Source: Octopus vulgaris (Eukaryota). Taken from it: a DNA stretch of 64,000 nucleotides. Of the stretch, positions 13,661-28,560 are shown piece after piece (positions within the stretch are counted from its first letter, which is position 1; each line of letters begins with the position of its first letter). A program made the translations under genes and the position numbers. The notes beneath the pieces were generated by a model. That model searched no databases. It had not been told where the DNA came from and was given only the letters and a program-made list of their open reading frames with translations. The stretch spans positions 17,422,001 to 17,486,000 of the forward strand of contig OX597831.1 of assembly GCA_951406725.2 (NCBI GenBank). Direction: 5' to 3'.

Positions 13661-14000
13661 GAGTGAGAGAGCAGTGCATGCCATCAAAGTGACACTGGGG
13701 TAAAATATACGAAGCCCAATATACCCATCATGACTACCCGTCTGATAAGGGTACACCAGGCACATGCATCACAACCATATGAGCGCGACATGGTGATCTC
13801 ATATCAAGATAAACAGTACATGACCTTGCAGGTGGGGCCCAGTTAGAATTTTCTTCAGGTCGAGTAGCCCATCCCGCCCAAAAGGTCCCTGAATAAGGGT
13901 TGTTTAAGGATGTTGAAAGAACCACCCATGTTTCCAGAGGTGAATTATTCAAACCCCAAAGAATCCCTCTCAACACATGGCTATGATGCTCCCCCACTTT
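13661..14000. mobile_element. Short GC-richer non-coding insertion within (TAA)n (SINE-like or retroelement UTR)
   Basis: 340-nt block bounded by TAA repeats, with no credible ORF. Confidence 0.5.
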
Positions 14001-14026
14001 TATTATTATTATTATTATTATTATTA

Positions 14027-14117
<91 letters not shown>

Positions 14118-14119
14118 AT

Positions 14120-16230
14120 GTTTGACTTTTGCTTTATAATTTTACAAGTTGGCTCCAAGTCTCACCCAAATATTTCAAGAGACAACAGGTTGGAAGTTCA
14201 CGTCGTTGTTATGCCTAGTGCGCCATATATTTGGGGGTTATTTTGGTGTTGTACTAGTGAATGTCTAAAAAATAAATTTTTAAAAAAATAAATAAAAAAA
14301 CTGTTTGTTTTAAACCTTGAGATTACATAGAAATAATTTTGCGTAGGATACGAGCTGTTACCATGAGCACTAACTTTTGAATTTTTGCCATTTTGGGGTT
14401 TCCTGGTATCTGAGTTAGGTGGCAATCAGCCCCTTTTGCTATAATTCCCAGGGCACCTATGACAACAGGTGTTGTTCTAGTCTTCAGGTTCCACATTTGG
14501 TGATTTCTATTTCATGATCTTTATATTTGCTCAGTTTTTGGTAGGTCTTGACAGATACGTTTATATCGATTGAGACAGTCATGTCAATGAGGAGGCATGT
14601 TCTTTGTCTGAAGTCTTTCAATATGATGTCTGGCCTATTCGCGTTGATCTTTCTATCAGTTTGAATGGTGAAGTTCCAGAGGATTGAGATGTGGTCATTT
14701 TCAATCACTGGAGTTGGATTGTGTTCCCACCAGTTTTTTTCATGTAGCAAATGTAGGTTTTTGCATATTATCCAGTGAATTTATTGTGCAGCTCTATCAT
14801 GCATGTTGAGATACTCTGTAGGCGCAAGAAGACTGCACTTGGAGACAACATGATCAATGGTTTCATTTTGATGTTGACGTTCACGACATGTTGAGCTACT
14901 GCCGCTCTTTAATATGTTGGCCTGGTAGTTTCTTGTTGGTAGGCATTGATCTTGAGCTGCTATGATAAACCCCACTGTTTCTGATTTTAAGCCAAAGGCC
15001 ATTAGCCATTGATGGGTCAGGGCTTTGTCGATATCTGCAGTATTCGCTCCCTTTAGGTATTTGCCATAAAGAGGGTTTTCTTACCATTTATCATTCAGAA
15101 TATCTAAGGCAGCAGTTTTGGCACGGGTTTTCATGCGCCTAGCTTTTTCTGTGCTTGTTTCTTGTATGTCTAATTCCGAAATTGGTTGTATTCGGAATTC
15201 ACATAGATATCCCTTTGCCTGTTTTGTGACTGAGTATGATGCGTTCTTGTTTTCATGTTTTGAAACAAGTTTTTTAATCCTGTCCTCAGAGTTTTTCAGG
15301 TAGGTGTCTAGGCCAATTGTAGCAATCTTCATTGTTATTGCCAGTTGTAAAAGACCACGGCCTCCCTCTTTTCTTGGCAGTTAGAGTCGTTCTGCATCTG
15401 ACTTAGGGTGATGCATTCTATGCATTGTCAACAGTTTTCGTATTTTTCTGCGAAGATTACATATTTCAGTAATCGACCAATTAACGATATTGAAACTGTA
15501 AGTCACGACTGGTATGGCTAATGCATTGATCTCTTCGATCCTGTTTCTTGCATTCAGCTCTGTCTTGAGTATTGCTCTCACTCTTCGATAACATTCTCTC
15601 CTGATCATTTCCTTCATCTCTGAATGCCTTATTCCGTTCCCTTCAATTACCACTGGGTACTTGTAGCTCTCCGCTTGATCTAGTTCTTTTATGACATTCT
15701 GCTGGTCAAGGTTAACGTTAGATGTTTCTGTCATTTTTCCTTTGTTAAAGGTAGCTTTTGCACATTCATCGAGGCTAAATTGCATTCTGATGTCGTCACT
15801 GAATTGTTTGACAATCGCTAGTATGACCTTGGGTTGTTCGTCATTTTTTGCAAAGAGCTTTAAATCATCCATGTAATTGAAATGATTTATATTTTTATCA
15901 AACATTTTATATCCGTACTGAGCGTCATTGAGCAGTTTTGAGAGAGGTATTAAGGCTAAACAAAAGAGGAGTTGTGATAGTGAGTCACCCTGGAAAATGC
16001 CACATGAAATTTTTACATCACCAGCATTTAGAGATTCATTGTCGCTGTTCACAGTTAGTGTGGTTCTCCATGATCTCATATTTACAGTCAAAAAGTTTCG
16101 CAGAGTAGGTGCTATCTTATACATATCCAGGCATTTCTTAACCCAGCTATGTGGTAGGCGAGCAAAAGCCTTTTTATAGTCTATCCAAGCTATTTATAAG
16201 TTTTTGTGACGTTTGTGACAATTTTCTAAG
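14120..16230 (-). mobile_element. R4/Dong-type RLE non-LTR retrotransposon, truncated and decayed
   Basis: RT motifs GIFQGDSLS and YMDDLKL, AAQDQ, RPDII endonuclease; frameshifts; flanked by (TAA)n. Confidence 0.88.
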
Positions 16231-16302
16231 ATTATTATCATTATTATTATCATTATTATATAATCATTATTATCATTATTATCATTATTACTATTATTAT
16301 TA

Positions 16303-16406
<104 letters not shown>

Positions 16407-16477
16407 TATTTATTTTTTTTAAAATTCACTGTCTGTAATCGAACTCGGAGACTAGGTGTTTGTAGCTCGTGCTCTAT

Positions 16478-16550
16478 GGGCATATGGCTTAGTGATTAAT
16501 AGCGGGTGGTACCAACGCTGAAATTCCGCGTTCGATTCCAGACAGTGACC
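16478..16550 (+). mobile_element. tRNA-derived SINE head
   Basis: A-box-like TGGCTTAGTGA and B-box GTTCGATTCC followed by (TAA)n. Remnants occur at about 44270-44292 and 61630-61654. Confidence 0.5.
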
Positions 16551-16833
<283 letters not shown>

Positions 16834-17259
16834 TCGAACATTAACTTATTAATAAGAACCCAGGTTCCAAATTACCCCCAAGATACCCGATGAAGTCTGT
16901 AGGGTATATCAGCCGAAACGTTGTCTTAACAACAAGCAAGATGAGACCAAAAGTCCGTCAAATATAAATAATGTAAACAGAATGTATGCTTAAAAACTTT
17001 CTGCTGAAGTTAAAAGTTGTGAAATAACAGTCTAAATGTAATTTTTTAGTGAGTGCGATGAGTTCTAAGCATATTTGTTGTTTTGTTTTGCAAATTTAAA
17101 AAAAGGTTCGGATAAAATATTCGATATAAACATGTATCTGTATTGAGCTGAAAGATTTCTGGTTTTGTCAAGCAAAGTGGATTAATTACATACGTCAATG
17201 TAATGTTCGAATTTGAAAATATTGGATTGGGAAGAATGTAATTTTGTTGGGGTTTTTTT

Positions 17260-18170
17260 AGTGTGAAATAAAAGTCCATTTATTCATAGAAAGTTTGAAC
17301 TGAAATAGATTCCATATTTTCCATTTTGTTCAATGACCTTTTGCCATCTTTCTGGCATTGGTTTCAGGGCATCATCGATATTGAAAGTTTTATCATTTCA
17401 AAAATTTTCAATCTTCGAAATAAATGGTCACATGATGATGAAGGTTATGTGAGGAACGGAAGAGAACTTCCAATCCTAGCTCCAATAAAGTTTCTTGTAT
17501 GAGCAAAGATGTGTGTTGTCTAGTGTTGTCAAGGAGGAACGCGATTCCCTTAAGATACGCCAATTCTGACATTTTTGTTTGATTCCTGCATCCAGCCTCA
17601 TTAGTAGTTGAGAGTAAACAGCTGAATTGGTCGTTTGGTTCCTAGGAAGCAGATCAAAGTACACAATACTCTTGCGAACCCACCAAACTGATAGCATGAC
17701 CAATTTTGGATGCAAATCAGCTTCTTATGTTGCTAGTGCTGGTTCATTACGCTTGGCCCATGATCCATTTAGATTGCTCTTTTTGCAGACTATCCTTGTT
17801 TCATCAGCAGAGATGATGTTTCAAAACAAATTGCAATTCATTGCGCTCGAGAAGCATATTGAAAACACTGATTCCTTTTGTAAAATGAACCGCTTAATTA
17901 ATTTTGAATTCCTCTGTTTCATACATTGAACCCCTCTCCATATCACTCGCACACTTATATGACAATCAGATTCAAATATTGCTTTCAATCTGTCATCATC
18001 ATCGTTAGTAGGTTAACCAAAGCGTTGTTCAACTTTCAGTGAAAAATCTCCAGAACGGACATTTTAAATACATTTTGCGCATGTGCCAATTCTATTAAGC
18101 AAACAACACCATATAATCTTCAAATATCCCTTTGTGAACATATGCAACAGTCTTGCCTTTACAGAAATAA
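17260..18170 (-). mobile_element. Decayed mariner element
   Basis: HPKLVMLSVWW..KSIVYFDLLPRNQTTNSAVYSQLL mariner core. Confidence 0.75.
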
Positions 18171-19161
18171 AAATGCAAAATATGACAAAAACTCCATATG
18201 TCCTAACGCTTGTTGCCACCTCCCCCCAATTTTGTTAGAGCTGTACAAAGATGTAAGGGGATTATTATTAGAAGTAGAAGTAGTAGTATACCTATGCTGA
18301 TAATTATTATGATTTCTGTTATTAGTATTAATTTTATTTTCTTTCAATTAGTTTCCATTCCTTGAAGAGTGTCTTCTAAACACCTAGACACTCACATTCG
18401 TAGACAGAGTCACTCACATTCGTAGGCCATTGAAATAAGCACAACAGACTTTTCATTTACAAAGCCATGCGATAAAATAAAATAAAATGACAGAGGGGAG
18501 ACGTTAAAAAGGAAAGATGACTACAGAAAGCAAATACGGGAGAAAAGGAAAGAAACATTGACAGCAGGAATGCTCTCGTCCGTACGTATGACGTACCATA
18601 AGAAAAGGTTTTGCAGCATTTATGGCAAACCAGGTGTCATCTTCAAATAATTCCGTGTTGTCTGCTTCATCATTCAAAGTGCTCCTATAATTACGTGAAA
18701 TGTACCCGTTTTGAGATACCACATTCTATAGATTACAATCAGTAAACTTTTGTATTTTCTAAGCTTCTCTAATTCCTTGCTTGGGATATTACGTTCACAA
18801 TATACGCTCAACGCAATCAATAAAGATATTATATTATTTTGGGTTTCACTACAATATACGGTTTTAAAGCGTTGATAGTCCGCTCTCTATGAACAGGAAT
18901 GTCACAATGTATCGTTACATTTTCTCTTTTAGTAACATACTCTAGATGATGCTTGTAACATTTGTCAGCATTTTCATTTTTTTATAGTGACACATCATCC
19001 AATGTATAAATGGCCAAACCTATCGTGCCAAATCTATCATTGCATATATAGTTTTGTGTTAGTGTGTGTGTGAATATGTTTACGTGTAGAAACCTGTTTC
19101 TGTCTACGTATATTCACACTTCTGGTTTTCTCTCTCTTTATATATATATCTCTCTCTCTCA

Positions 19162-19279
<118 letters not shown>

Positions 19280-20587
19280 CGGACATATGTATATATATAT
19301 ATATACGTTGTACTAGTTTAGATAAAGCGAACTTTATCTTGCACGTAGGACTATCTAGCTGTCCCAGTTATACATGGGAAGCCCATTTGCACAAGCATTC
19401 AGTTGTAATAACTAACAACCTGAACTACAAAAATATATCGAAGAACAACGAATGATGAAGCTACCGCAATACTTCGCCAAACATAATTTCAAACTGCAAG
19501 CATGCTTGAGATTCAATGACAGGTGAGACGTCACCAAAGCAGAAGAAGGGAACATTCAGGTGCCGAATTCCCACTCTCCAAATTGATACATTATCGCAAT
19601 TATTGTAGGGGATGTTGTGCTAAAGCAAGTGTAGTAATGAATCTTTCCCCGTGACATATTAGCAATATGGTAAAAATTAAAAACAAGAAGAATGATTATG
19701 CATTGTTTTCGTTAGATATTTGTTACGAAGAAGCAGGTAAAAATGGTGCTTTATTGTACAAAATTAGGCTTTTGATTTCTGGAGAAATACTACCATTTAT
19801 CGTCACCAAGCTTTATACAATTAAGAAAAGGTGAGCCCCATGAAACTTCCTGATTTCCAATACCTCAAGTTGGATAGGTAAATATTCGAAATATTAAAAT
19901 TGTATGCAAGCGAAGAAAGCGAGAAAAATATGCATGCATAAACTTAGAATAATCTGCCCCAAACGCCCAGAAATTGTGTTCTTTAGGAAACCCGAAAATC
20001 AGCTCCCCTCCAGTTGCCTGAAACTCTCATCTTGAAATTTCACGTTCACATCCTGTCACAGACTAACCGTTTCTGTCAGATTCTTATCAAAAAATATATA
20101 TTGAGTGTATTTAAGGGCGGTAAAAAATAAACCACAATGTCTAGTTCCTAGGATTTGACAAACATCGAAATCATAGTAAATTATTCTGAGTAAGATTCTT
20201 ATAGTGCCGCCTGCAGTGGCGAGGACAGCAGATCAATTTCCCTTCAACATTAAATGTACTGAAGAAACGGTATCTATAGCGTAATTTGTCAAACCTAAAA
20301 TAAGTACTTGTAAATTATTTGAAAGGAAGTAAGTTTAAACGTCTTGATTATGTCGGCTTCTCTTGCATTGGAGTGATTTATCACAAAATTAATGCCATCT
20401 GGGCAGCACCGTGTATTTTAATCCCATATATATGATAGCAGAAAAGCTCAATAAAAAATGTTGCTTCTTAAACTCATAAATTCTAAATAACTGATGTGCA
20501 AACACAATATTTCATCATGAACAATAAACATTTAAAGAGTTTATAGTTATAGATATACGTAGTGAAACGTATTTTAATTCATATTCA

Positions 20588-20595
20588 TATATAAA
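20588..20595 (+). promoter_or_regulatory. Putative TATA box, copy 2
   Basis: Same motif and spacing as copy 1. Confidence 0.5.
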
Positions 20596-20651
20596 AAAGC
20601 CATCTTGAAGACAGCTTTATAAAAAAAAACCGGTGGTGAAGAAGTGAAATT

Positions 20652-20691
20652 ATGATGAAGATTGCAGCTTTTATTTTTGTTCTCTTAATTA
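20652..20691 (+). CDS. Microgene copy 2, exon 1 (MMKIAAFIFVLLI)
   Basis: ATG at 20652, donor GTAAGT at 20692, TATATAAA at 20588-20595. One synonymous change (AAA/AAG) relative to copy 1. Confidence 0.85.
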
Positions 20692-21849
20692 GTAAGTATT
20701 TTTGTTACTATCTTGCTAATTGATCTGACAATAATTATCAGTATATTTCTGTGTTTCAATCAGTGTAAATAACAAAAATCTAGAGCAGCGTCTATTTATC
20801 ATAATTTCTCTTTGTAAATATATTTCTCTATCGACTTAAACAATTACACTGTGCGATAAAAAAAAGGTTTTCTTGCTATTTAATCATTTTCAAAAGATTT
20901 GGGGTAATGTTTGTGTGCCGACTTCGAATCTGGCATCTGTTTTCAGACAACATGTGCAGTTGTTTAGTTATTCACAGCATATTCGATGCGATTGACAATA
21001 TTCACAAAGTATTAGACTATTTGCTTTCGATTTACATTCATATTCTCATCGCTGGAACAAAACATAAGTTCTGATAGAAGAAAATATAGGCTGCGTGTTA
21101 AATTGCCCCAGAAGATGAGATTTAATTCATTTTTCTTCGTCATCGATGTCATTATAGTATTGAATGCGTGCCGAGTGATACAACAGATTGCTGTGATGAA
21201 CCAGGATATTCAAAAAAGGTTTCTCATTTATTAATTCAAATTGAGTTGAAAAGTTTAGTTAGAGACTTGGGTGTAGCAAAAGAAAAACTGTCAAAAATAC
21301 TGGAATCAAGTTTGAAACAATCAAACCTGTTACAGGATCGTATATAATGCTAGGCTTTTAGAAATTGACACACCTAATTGCATAATTGTTTTTTTTTTAC
21401 GGAGAAAGACGATACTTGCTTTTGTTGTGATAAAGATATTTATGTGAGATTGGTTATAGCTATTATCCTGAAGAATGGTGACGCTTATAGATTCTAGCAA
21501 AGTAAGCCTACGGCTTTCCTGAATAATGGCAATCAAAATCATTCAATACCACTAGTACTTGCTGAAGGACTATAAGATACTTATGAATCAATGGATAGAA
21601 TTTCGCACTTGATTGTGCACACTTGAATGTGCACCTAAGTGTAATAAATGCAGGTTCTTGAAAGTTATTGGTTTGCTACTTTGGTTCTTCAGCAGGGAGT
21701 CCCACCTGTAAGGTATATTGCAATCACCACACAATTTTGCAAAAAAGATGGTAAGGAATGATGTCGAAAAATCTATTAGTTAGATAAAATCGGAGCCTCC
21801 TTTAAGAACTACCGATGTTTTGGAAGAAGAATTTTGGAAACGCCAGTCC

Positions 21850-22280
21850 CAGAGTAACTCTGCAGGAGGTAGCATAGAAACGTGGCTTTGATCACTCAAT
21901 CATTCATAGACAACTGCGTATCATCGGAGAACATTTTTTTAAATTGTGTCAATGGGTTCCTCACATAATTTCCCTGTAGAATCGCACGCAGGTTGTGAAT
22001 GTGTCCTCTTCTCTGCTGTCAAGAATAAAGAGTATTTTGGACCGAATAACGACTTGTGACTACAAATGGGTTCTCTATAAAAAATGTGAAGCGACGAGGT
22101 TAATTGGTAGTAAAGAGTGACACATCGGATCCGCAGACAAAAGGAGGTCCTCGCCTATAAAAAAATGTTGTTATTTGCTTGGAGGTGATAAGTAATTTTA
22201 AGTCCACTTTGATCTTTTGAACCGAAACCAAACGATAACAAAGGAGATCAACGGCGAACAGTATCAGTGGCTTAAGTCAG
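21850..22280 (+). mobile_element. Mariner fragment
   Basis: Degenerate WVPH and TCDxKWVLY motifs. Confidence 0.6.
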
Positions 22281-23299
22281 CGATAGTCGAACAGCAACCA
22301 AAATTGTTGGTCGATTAAATGAACCTCAGTACGCACCTGGTACTTCATTTATCGATCCCGAATGGATGAAAGGCAAAGTCCACCTCAGCATAAAATTATA
22401 CTTCTATTATTGCTGGGCGTATAGTTAACGGTGCTGATTTACATTACTATTGTTTTATTTTAATTATTCTTATGAAACATGCATTTATTTGTGTGCAGGA
22501 AACAAAATCTCCCATCTCTCTTATTTATGATCAATTTATCCTTGGATGGAATGATCTGGCAAATTTCCTCCTCCTATAGATCACACCTCTTTTATCAATG
22601 CTATAAGACTTTCCTCTACTAATTACTTCCAAGATTTGCTTATAGTTTCTAAAGGTAGTGTTAGCTATTTTCCCCGTTGTCTCTAAATGAGTTTTCCTTG
22701 TTGTTGCTGCTTCATTTTTTTATTTTGATTTCGGTGACGTCTCAGTATTCCTCTTGATATTATATCACCCTCATATGTAAAATCGCTTTCTTTACGAAAA
22801 TTTCCTAAAGTTCATCACAATATCCGTTAGGTAATTTGCAATCACATTTTTTAAATTTTCAATATCTTGTGCTGTTTCCTTATTAACGATTCTTTCCCTA
22901 TAAGGAACACTCCACCTATAAACGTGTAAAGGAATATACCGATTCTAGACATCTTTCAGACAAGAATTCGATTTTACTGCAATGAAAATCTCAAAATTCT
23001 TTATATTATACAGCTAAGATTACTTTAGAATATATAGAATCAGATGAAAACACCTGTACGGAATACTGAAACTGTCTAATGTGTATATTATTCGCGCCTA
23101 AGAAACACTAATATTAACACAGAGAAACAAAATCCTAGTAATTTCACCGTTATATATTTTAATCGCTCGACGCTTGGGTATAAGATATCCCTAGAAGGTG
23201 TAATGTCTTTCTTTGCAAAACCTAATCAACACTCTTTATAAACGTAGATTAAATAAAAGCTCTTACCTGTAAGATGAGGTAAATTGAAAATAGAAATAT

Positions 23300-24950
23300 C
23301 AACGAAAGCCATTCCGATACCATCCAAAAACGAAGGGCCTAATTGAAAAGACAACAGAGTTCGTTCATTATGTTAGGTGGAGAGCATATTGTTATGATAG
23401 GGAAAGAGAAGCATCAGTGAATACCGCCAAGGATTGGGCAAAATTATTACAGAGGAACTATATTTCTAGGAAATAACCGCAACGAAGTAATAATTGACAG
23501 CTTTCGGAGAAGAATCATGGACCATTAATATCCCCATGAAGGAGGACATAAACAATTGAAAAATAGAAGAAAAACTAAAATATATTACTAGTAACTTTAC
23601 GGCAGGAGAAGGAATTATTGCGCATGCGGTTAAGCCTGGTGTCATTTACAATCTTAGTAACCACCACTATCACAAATTACTTCGAGAAGAAATTTAAAAA
23701 ATCTACAACATAACGTATAACAATACTTTAAGAATAATTGATGAACAGACCAAGGAAATAATGGCTGATTATAAAATAGATGAAAAGAACAGAAGCTTTT
23801 GTACCGCGAAACCAGAAAAAGGCTAAAAGAGCCCACACTGAATTTCAACATTAACCCAAGCATTAGATTAATGTGTTCAAGTTGAGAGTTCGGAAAAATA
23901 AGCAAACAAATAATTGAATGATGTATCGCAACGCTCAGTAAACAGCTAAGATTATAAGTAAGGTTTAACTCAGAACAAGTAAGATGCTGGTTAAATAAAT
24001 ATGACATCAAGAAAAGCGGATACAAATTCATATATAACCAAATACTTCATCAAATACACCATTACTTCAAAATGATTCCCTCCTGATTGCGAGAAAGAGT
24101 ACTAAACTACACATTAGGAAATCGATAAAATATTAGCGGATACGAAAGCACTTAAAATCAGTATATTCAACACTGATCACTGATTTTGTGAGATCGCACA
24201 TAGTATTGAAATTGGGTAGGGAATTTCAAGACTTTGGAGGTGGTCTTTACATGGATGACGCGCATTTTTAACTTGATAACCCATCTAATAGGAGTTTAGC
24301 AATATATATAATAAAACAATTTATAAATTCTTCAAGAATACATGAATATGAATATCTATCGAAAACGAACACAGTTCCGTGAACAAATTTGACTTTATCC
24401 ATAAACTAGAAACAGGTAAACATATGTCGTACTCTGAGCAGAATGCTAACCTCAGATGCATCTCTATGGAACGTAACCATCGAAATAGCATCACACATAG
24501 TTTAGTAGAAAATATATAATTTTTGCTATATCTAATGTCTGATACATACACAAAACGCTAAAACCGGCCAAATTATGCACAGCAAGATCGTTAAAGAAGC
24601 AACTGAATATATTGAAAATAGAATTTGGGATTGCATAATTAATAACCGGAGTCCATAAAGAAATTTTAAAGAAAAAGTGTAGATTAATGGTATGAAATAA
24701 TATTTGAGGGACTAAATTATTATCGTATAGGCGCCTTTGAAATTATATAAGAAGAATATTAGGCAACCATGAAACACATTTAGAAATCAGAAGGAAAGAG
24801 CTAACACTAAGCCTTAGTAGAGGGATAAACAATACAAAGAAGGACTATAAGGATTAAAATGGAAAGTAATTAGCAGAGAAAAATCTTGGAGAGTTTCTCA
24901 TCTAAGAGTAAATTAAGAAAAAACGATAATATTTGAGACAAAAAATTGAG
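23300..24950 (+). mobile_element. Highly decayed Penelope-like element (RT plus GIY-YIG remnant)
   Basis: GLYMDD RT motif near 24242-24260, KPTLN...RLM upstream, and an IG...RR..NH...TxLS-like GIY-YIG remnant near 24720-24820. Confidence 0.55.
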
Positions 24951-24959
24951 TCAAATGTT

Positions 24960-25530
24960 TGAAGATATTTTCATAGTCTTTGAAGGGCGATGATATTTGG
25001 GTACCACATGTGTTGAGTGAGAAGAACCTTTTGGATCTCATTTGAACCTGTGAATCGTTTTATAAACGGTTTGAAAACGCGCCTTTTTAAAAAAACTGTA
25101 TGAGGTGATGAGATATGGATTATCTATCGCAATGTTCAGAGAAAGCGATCCTGGATTAAGCGGCTTTAGCCCCACCCCCTAGCAAAACCAGAAGAGGGTC
25201 GTCACTCTAAAAATGTCTTGCTTTATGTCTGGTGGGATTCGAAATGAATTCTGTACGATGAGCTTCTCCCAAGTAAGCGGCCAATTAATTCTGAGAAATA
25301 CTGCACATTCCTGGACGAGTTAAAAGCAGCATTCGAAGAGAAATATCCAGAATTGATCAACACGAAGGGTGTTGTGTTCCTACATGATAATGCAAGACCG
25401 TATGTTTCTTTAATAACCACACTAAAATTGCTGTAGCTAGCCTGGGATGTGTTACCCCAACCTCCATATTCACCAGATATTGCCCCTTCGGATTTCAACT
25501 TATTCAGGACTCTGTAGAATAATCTTTAAA
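24960..25530 (+). mobile_element. Mariner fragment
   Basis: WVPHVLSE, VFLHDNARP and WDVLPQPPYSPDIAPSDF motifs. Confidence 0.8.
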
Positions 25531-25580
25531 TTAAAGACCAATGTAATGACATGATTTTAAAATGTTCTTTCAAATGCTAG

Positions 25581-25662
25581 GTTTACCAACATGTTCGAAC
25601 ATGTGTGCAACACGCGCGGCCTACTATCATTGCAATAATGCAGACGTACGCGTTGCCCCAGG
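25581..25662 (+). CDS. Microgene copy 2, exon 2 ((S)LPTCSNMCATRAAYYHCNNADVRVAP)
   Basis: Acceptor ttctttcaaatgctAG, 82 nt (18 nt shorter than the other copies, frame preserved), donor GG|GTACGT. Confidence 0.78.
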
Positions 25663-26269
25663 GTACGTATGAAAACATCGCTTACATTAATATGAAAGTT
25701 TGCAAAATGTAAAATATTTTCCAGCATTGTTGTTGTTGTGTCACCGTCTATCGTTAAATTGTGTTATATTATAATTTCATATTCGACAAAATATATGTTT
25801 ACATATATATATATATATATTTTATATATAGCCTATGTTTATATATATATTTTTATAGATACGCTAATGGAGAAAATTAGAGAAGTAGATATAATTTATA
25901 GACATTTGTATTTCTACATCATTATTTTCCGAATGGGCTTTTTACTGTTTATTCTATAAACTGTGTTCATTAATTAAAACATTGTTTGTACCATGTGATT
26001 AATAACTAAATATGTTATAATGGAGAAAATATCAATTTGAGAAATTCATGATGTACAAAATTACAGAGTGTTTGAAGTAAAACTTTTAACGTAATACCTT
26101 ACAACACTTTGACCTTGGTAAACTGATTGACCTAACAATACAAAGATTAATATTGTTTATAAGTGAATATGTAATCATGAAAATACAACAACATTTTGAA
26201 AGCCTGAGGATGCGATTGGTTACATAGGAAAAAAAAGAAAGATTGGAATTGTCTGCTGTTATTAGTAAC

Positions 26270-26940
26270 ATTAAAGGATCACGCTTGTTCTCCCATACTC
26301 AAGCATATAAATATGAGAAACCGAAACTCGAAGTTAATCGTTGCAAATGAGCACGTATTTCGACGGATGACAATCTTTATGAAGAAGCATGCTTGATTGG
26401 GTCCTTAGAAAAACGTCAAAACCACGGAAAATAGGTGTTTTGCAGGAAAGTATGAAACGGAGGCTGCCGTTAAGAGACCGTTTTAGAACTGCTGCAGGAT
26501 GTTCTGTGGTTGTCCATTTGAAAGATGTCGGTGTTCATGCCTGTTCCCCCGTCACTCATTAATATGAAGAACCGAAAAGACAGGTTAAGCTTTGCCAAAG
26601 AGATCGTAATTTAGATGGATGACAATTGATTCTGTCTGTTCCTCAATGACAAATGCAAGATCAGTTTGTTTGTCTCCGGTAATAGGCAGGGCATGAGACG
26701 GCTGAAAAATGAAGGATTGTTCCCTAAATGCCTGAAGATATGAGTGAAACATTCAGTTAGGCGTGTAATGGTATGGTGAATGGGTTCTACAGCAGGTGTT
26801 GGGCCATTTATCAGGGCCCATACTAATGTGAATGAATCATATATTGAATCATCCAACAAATTACGATAACAAATACTATTCTATATTTTCTGCATAACGT
26901 ATTACGTACATTATGTGCATTGAACGGATAGCTGTCCTCA
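26270..26940 (+). mobile_element. Decayed Tc1-like fragment (paralog of 5750-6310)
   Basis: VMVW...AGVGPFIR region. Confidence 0.6.
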
Positions 26941-27419
26941 CCTCGTCTCTTCTTACTATAACGTCTTGGCAGATGTACTTCCCAATATTCATCAGGGTTC
27001 TGGTGGAATCTCGAACCGTACTAATTCCGAAGCTATTATTAAGTAGCGTGCGATCTTATCCACTGTGCTATGTCCATAGGCATTTATAGAGCGAGTTTGG
27101 GGGGTTATAAGCCTAAATGTTTGTTTGTTTTCTTGTTACCGTTTTCCATATTACTCTCATATCAGCATTAGGTCTGCTTAAGAGTTTACAGCGTCCTATT
27201 TTTCAGTGGTTTTCTCTGTCTATTATTTTAACTCCATCCCAGGTGGGAAAGGTGGTCTCCGTTTTTCCATACAAGAACGGCTATGACCGTGGGTCAGCGG
27301 CTACCGCATTGATCAAATGCTGGATCAGGTTGGAAATTCCACAATGACACCTGATGAAGGCTGGAGAGTAAATCAGCCGAAAAGTGACTACAAACACTAT
27401 GCAGACAAATAATGTGTGA

Positions 27420-28560
27420 GAATCAAATTTCTTCTTTCATCTAAAATATAACATCCTGCATTTTCTCCATTGCTCTTCCATCCTTCTGGTAGATTTGTAC
27501 GTCTCCTCTTTCAAAATGTACTTGTCCGTGAAGAAATATACATTTCCTGTCTTTTTGTGACCACGTCTACAGTATTCCTTTTTTCTCTCAAAATTCTTTT
27601 GAATACTGCGGAATAATTCATGATCAGATGGGGTAATGTGCGGCGAATATGTTGGGTGGGGCTTCGTTTTCCATTCCAACAGGTCAAACATGTGGAATGT
27701 CATACTCGAAATGTGCACCAGCCTTATTCCGATGGAGGAATACCTCTCGTTACGCAACCAAAGATCGTCGGTTTTCTTCCAACTCTGACTTAAGCCGAAC
27801 GAGTTGCTTTCAGTTGTTCTCGTTTGTTATTAGGTTTGGTTTTAACACTTCAAAGTGGACAGAAACCTTTCAAACAGTGGCTAAATTCATTGTTTACTGT
27901 GAGTTGTTGTTTCTCCTTTGCCTACCTACTCTCTTCGGTGCTTCACATTTCCAATGTGAACCCATTTTGAGACTATTTGGTCAACAAATGTTTTATTCGC
28001 GAGATATAGCAGCAAAGAAGAGGGCACACACGCTCTCTGCGCGCGATTTGACACCGATCTTTTGTGAGGAACACATCGTCTCAATTTGTTGACTTATTCA
28101 CTGTCGATGAATGGTTGAATGTTTCTCAAGATTTACGATGGGATTTCGTTCCACCAGCTTTCGCTGGTTGAGTTCTACAGACATTTTAATCGAGACTCGT
28201 CTACTAGACTGTAGTTTCTGTCCCGCAATTTCTGGAACCGCCGTTGACACTGGCTTACGCCAATTGTCTGATCCCAATATACTACATTTTTATTCCACAA
28301 ATATTATATTGAATTCTTGCATTTATTGAAGTTATAAAGCAAAATATTCCGGATATGTTCCTTCATCACATCCATTATAGCTTCGAAAATAAACTGTTAA
28401 AATATAATTGCATTCTTCAAATAGCTTACTGAGAAGTACAAACTAAAATTACTATAAATTACTTTTATAGCAAGTTGTTACAGGCGGTTTGTCGGGTCCC
28501 TCTCCGAATTTAGTTCATACAATAGAAAAATCTTCACTATTTATGCGATAGCCAAATGCG
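27420..28560 (-). mobile_element. Decayed mariner (paralog of 6790-7880)
   Basis: WKTKPHPTYSPHITPSDHELFRSIQ motif. Confidence 0.75.

Noticed and set aside
16478-16550. tRNA gene
   Set aside because: A and B boxes are present but there is no convincing cloverleaf; it runs into (TAA)n, consistent with a SINE head.
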